Below are positions 61,713 through 64,000 of a stretch of 64,000 nucleotides of DNA, in pieces. The notes beneath the pieces are model-generated. The model was not told where the DNA came from, ran no database searches, and was given only the letters and a program-made list of their open reading frames with translations. How positions within the stretch are numbered: the stretch's first letter is position 1; each line of letters starts with the position of its first letter. The translations under genes were made by a program, and so were the position numbers. This DNA comes from Escherichia phage humlepung. Where the stretch lies: the sequence record MN850564.1; one strand, written 5' to 3'.

Positions 61713-61911
61713 ACGCCTTTGGGAAGGTTTGGTTGTTGATGCACCAGCTATTGTGATTGGTATGCTTATTGTTAACCTATTTACTGACTTTGAACAAGGT
61801 TCATTGTTTGGAGCCATGTTACTATGGGTTATCTTTGAAATATTAGAGATACAGTTAGGTATCACTGAAAAACTAAGAGAACTCTTTGCGAAGTTTTCTA
61901 AAAAGATTTAA
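61705..61911 (+). CDS. small hydrophobic protein (68 aa)
   Basis: ORF with hydrophobic core. Confidence 0.3.
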   Translation: MLKRLWEGLVVDAPAIVIGMLIVNLFTDFEQGSLFGAMLLWVIFEILEIQLGITEKLRELFAKFSKKI

Positions 61912-61918
61912 AATGAAA

Positions 61919-61940
61919 GGGTCTCTTCGGAGACCTTTTT
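61919..61940 (+). terminator. Terminator gggtctc-ttcg-gagacc + TTTTT
   Basis: Stem-tetraloop and T-run. Confidence 0.55.
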
Positions 61941-61959
61941 AGCATGTAAAGGGGCAATA

Positions 61960-64000
61960 ATGAACAAAGTACAGATTATTAAAAAGAATGGCTCACTCGA
62001 AGAACCTGATATCAAAAAAGTTTTAGCAGCAGTCACAAAGTCAGCTAATAGGGTTGGGTATAAAGAACTTCCATCAGATGTTACCCAAGCTCTTGAGTCA
62101 GCATTTATGAGGATTCTGGTAAAATCTACTAAGCAGAATAATTTACTCATTTCAGTAAATGATATTCACAGTATTGTTGAAGGTGCTTTGGCAGAAGTCA
62201 ATCACGAGATTTATGAGTCTTACTCAACATATAGAAATTACCGTAAAGAGGTTGCTCAAAATTGGGATGAACTCTACCAGAAGACCAAAGATACACTCTT
62301 CTTAGGTGACCGAGAAAACGCTAATTTTGACAGCAGTTTAATTTCTACAAAAGGCTCAATTATTCGTGGTTACCTGACTAAAGAAATCTTTAAACAGTAC
62401 CACCTAACACCAGAGGAACTTGAAGCCATTGAAAAAGGGTTTATCTATATCCATGATTTAAGAGACCTGATTTTTGGTGGTATCAACTGTTGCTTGTTTG
62501 ACATTGGTAAAGTGCTGAAAGGTGGCTTTGAAATGTCTGGCATTGAATACTGTGAACCGAAGTCTGTACTGTCAGCCTTACAGGTTATTGGTGATGTAGT
62601 TCTTTCAGCAACTGCACAGCAATTTGGTGGCTTTACTTTAGCAGAGATTGATAAGGTACTTGTACCGTATGCTAAGAAGTCTCTACGTTACCATGCTGAA
62701 AAAGCAACAGCTTATGGTATTCCTAAAGAACATTACCACAACTATGTCATGGAGCAGCTACAGATTGAATTAACTCAAGGTTTTCAGTCTCTTGAAATGA
62801 AGCTCAATACTGTGCCTTGTAGCCGTGGTGATTTTGCATTCACAACTTTGACATTCGGGTTACTTGACTCAGATATGTCTAATGAAGATAACCGACTGCA
62901 ATACATGATTGCAAGCACTCTCCTAGATGTTCGTATGAATGGACAAGGTAAGAGCAAGAAGCCTGTTGTATTCCCTAAACTGGTTTATATTTATGACCAG
63001 AAGAGACATAATGAGAATATCTGTCAAGGCCACCTGTACAGTAAAGCTATTGAGTGTTGCTCTAAAGCTATGTATCCAGATTTCTTAAGTGTATCTGGAC
63101 ATGGTGCTGTAGCAGAGGCTTTTGAGCATTCTGGTAAGGTAATTTCACCGATGGGTTGCAGAGCCTTCTTATCTCCATATCTTAATGAGGAAGGAGAAGA
63201 GTTCTACGTTGGTCGTGCTAACATTGGTGCTGTATCTTTGAACTTACCAATGATTTACCAGTATTCTAAAGAGAATGGTTTAGATTTCTGGAAAGAGCTT
63301 GATAAGTACCTAGAGATGATTCGCAGCTTCCACAAGAAACGTTACGAAATGATTGCTAATATGCCAGCAAGTTCTAACCCTCTTGCATTCACACAGGGTG
63401 GTCTGTACAAAGGGAATAAGAAACCTACTGACAGGGTTGGTTGGGATATTGTGAAGTCCTTCACAGCTTCTTTTGGGGTTACTGCGCTTGATGAGCTATC
63501 TGTTCTTGCTGAAGGTAAACGACTTCATGAAGTCGGAAGCTGTAGTTTTGCATACGATGTTCTGGAATACATCAACATGAAAACTGAAGAGTTTAAAAAT
63601 GAAGATGGCTTCTTATATGCAGTCTATGGCACTCCAGCAGAATCACTTTGTGGAACTCAGCTAAAACAGTTCAGAGATATGTTTGGCGTTATTAAAGGTG
63701 TCTCTGACAAGGAATACTTTACAAACAGTTTCCATATGAATGTTGCAGCAGACATCTCACCATTTGAGAAGCAGGACTTAGAAGAGCCATTCTTCCATAT
63801 CTGTAGAGGTGGTAGAATCCAGTATGTAAGGGTAGCTAACCCAGAAAACTTAACAGCACTTAAAAGTTGTATTACCAGAGGGATGTTGAAGGGTTTTTAT
63901 CAGGGACTTAACTTTGACTTAGCAATCTGTGAACATTGTGGTAACAGACCAAAGGCTGATGTTGAAGAATGTGAGGTTTGCCATTCACATGATATCTCTG
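61960..64000 (+). CDS. nrdD: anaerobic ribonucleotide reductase (class III), 3' end beyond window
   Basis: Open frame to window end; N-terminal ATP-cone-like region; C-terminal CEHCGN...CEVCH zinc ribbon. Confidence 0.75.
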   Translation, partial: MNKVQIIKKNGSLEEPDIKKVLAAVTKSANRVGYKELPSDVTQALESAFMRILVKSTKQNNLLISVNDIHSIVEGALAEVNHEIYESYSTYRNYRKEVAQNWDELYQKTKDTLFLGDRENANFDSSLISTKGSIIRGYLTKEIFKQYHLTPEELEAIEKGFIYIHDLRDLIFGGINCCLFDIGKVLKGGFEMSGIEYCEPKSVLSALQVIGDVVLSATAQQFGGFTLAEIDKVLVPYAKKSLRYHAEKATAYGIPKEHYHNYVMEQLQIELTQGFQSLEMKLNTVPCSRGDFAFTTLTFGLLDSDMSNEDNRLQYMIASTLLDVRMNGQGKSKKPVVFPKLVYIYDQKRHNENICQGHLYSKAIECCSKAMYPDFLSVSGHGAVAEAFEHSGKVISPMGCRAFLSPYLNEEGEEFYVGRANIGAVSLNLPMIYQYSKENGLDFWKELDKYLEMIRSFHKKRYEMIANMPASSNPLAFTQGGLYKGNKKPTDRVGWDIVKSFTASFGVTALDELSVLAEGKRLHEVGSCSFAYDVLEYINMKTEEFKNEDGFLYAVYGTPAESLCGTQLKQFRDMFGVIKGVSDKEYFTNSFHMNVAADISPFEKQDLEEPFFHICRGGRIQYVRVANPENLTALKSCITRGMLKGFYQGLNFDLAICEHCGNRPKADVEECEVCHSHDIS

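Overview
This window looks like a virulent tailed-phage genome segment, probably a myovirus of an enterobacterial host, with canonical sigma70-type promoters (TTGACA-17-TAnnnT) and many hairpin+T-run terminators. Layout: (i) 1-1248, a non-coding region with a perfect 69-bp inverted repeat and a dense array of YTGTTAR iterons; (ii) 1249-8286, minus-strand small genes including a T4-type lysozyme and two paralogous genes, one carrying tandem Ig-like domains; (iii) 8350-15600, a plus-strand block with a GNPSGRPKG-motif protein, a Ro60/TROVE-like protein with a von Willebrand A domain, and an array of about 26 tRNA or tRNA-like genes interrupted by two protein genes and by a family of conserved stem-loop elements; (iv) 15600-39262, a morphogenesis module (terminase, portal, S49 protease/scaffold, capsid, putative sheath/tube, tape measure, baseplate, two tail fibres with His-rich C-terminal repeats); (v) 39299-48777, minus-strand genes for thymidylate synthase, DHFR, DNA ligase, an HNH-AP2 endonuclease and a family-A DNA polymerase; (vi) 49035-64000, plus-strand genes for dNMP kinase, primase-helicase, SSB-like protein, flap endonuclease, a GIY-YIG-like endonuclease, NrdA, NrdB, a glutaredoxin-like protein and NrdD (truncated by the window). 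The strongest candidate for something new is the Ro60-like gene sitting directly upstream of the tRNA array together with four copies of a covarying stem element, one of which encloses tRNA-like arms (a possible Y-RNA-like module). All calls are from manual reading of the sequence and ORF track; tRNA coordinates are hand-folded (about +/-3 nt) and no database search was run.
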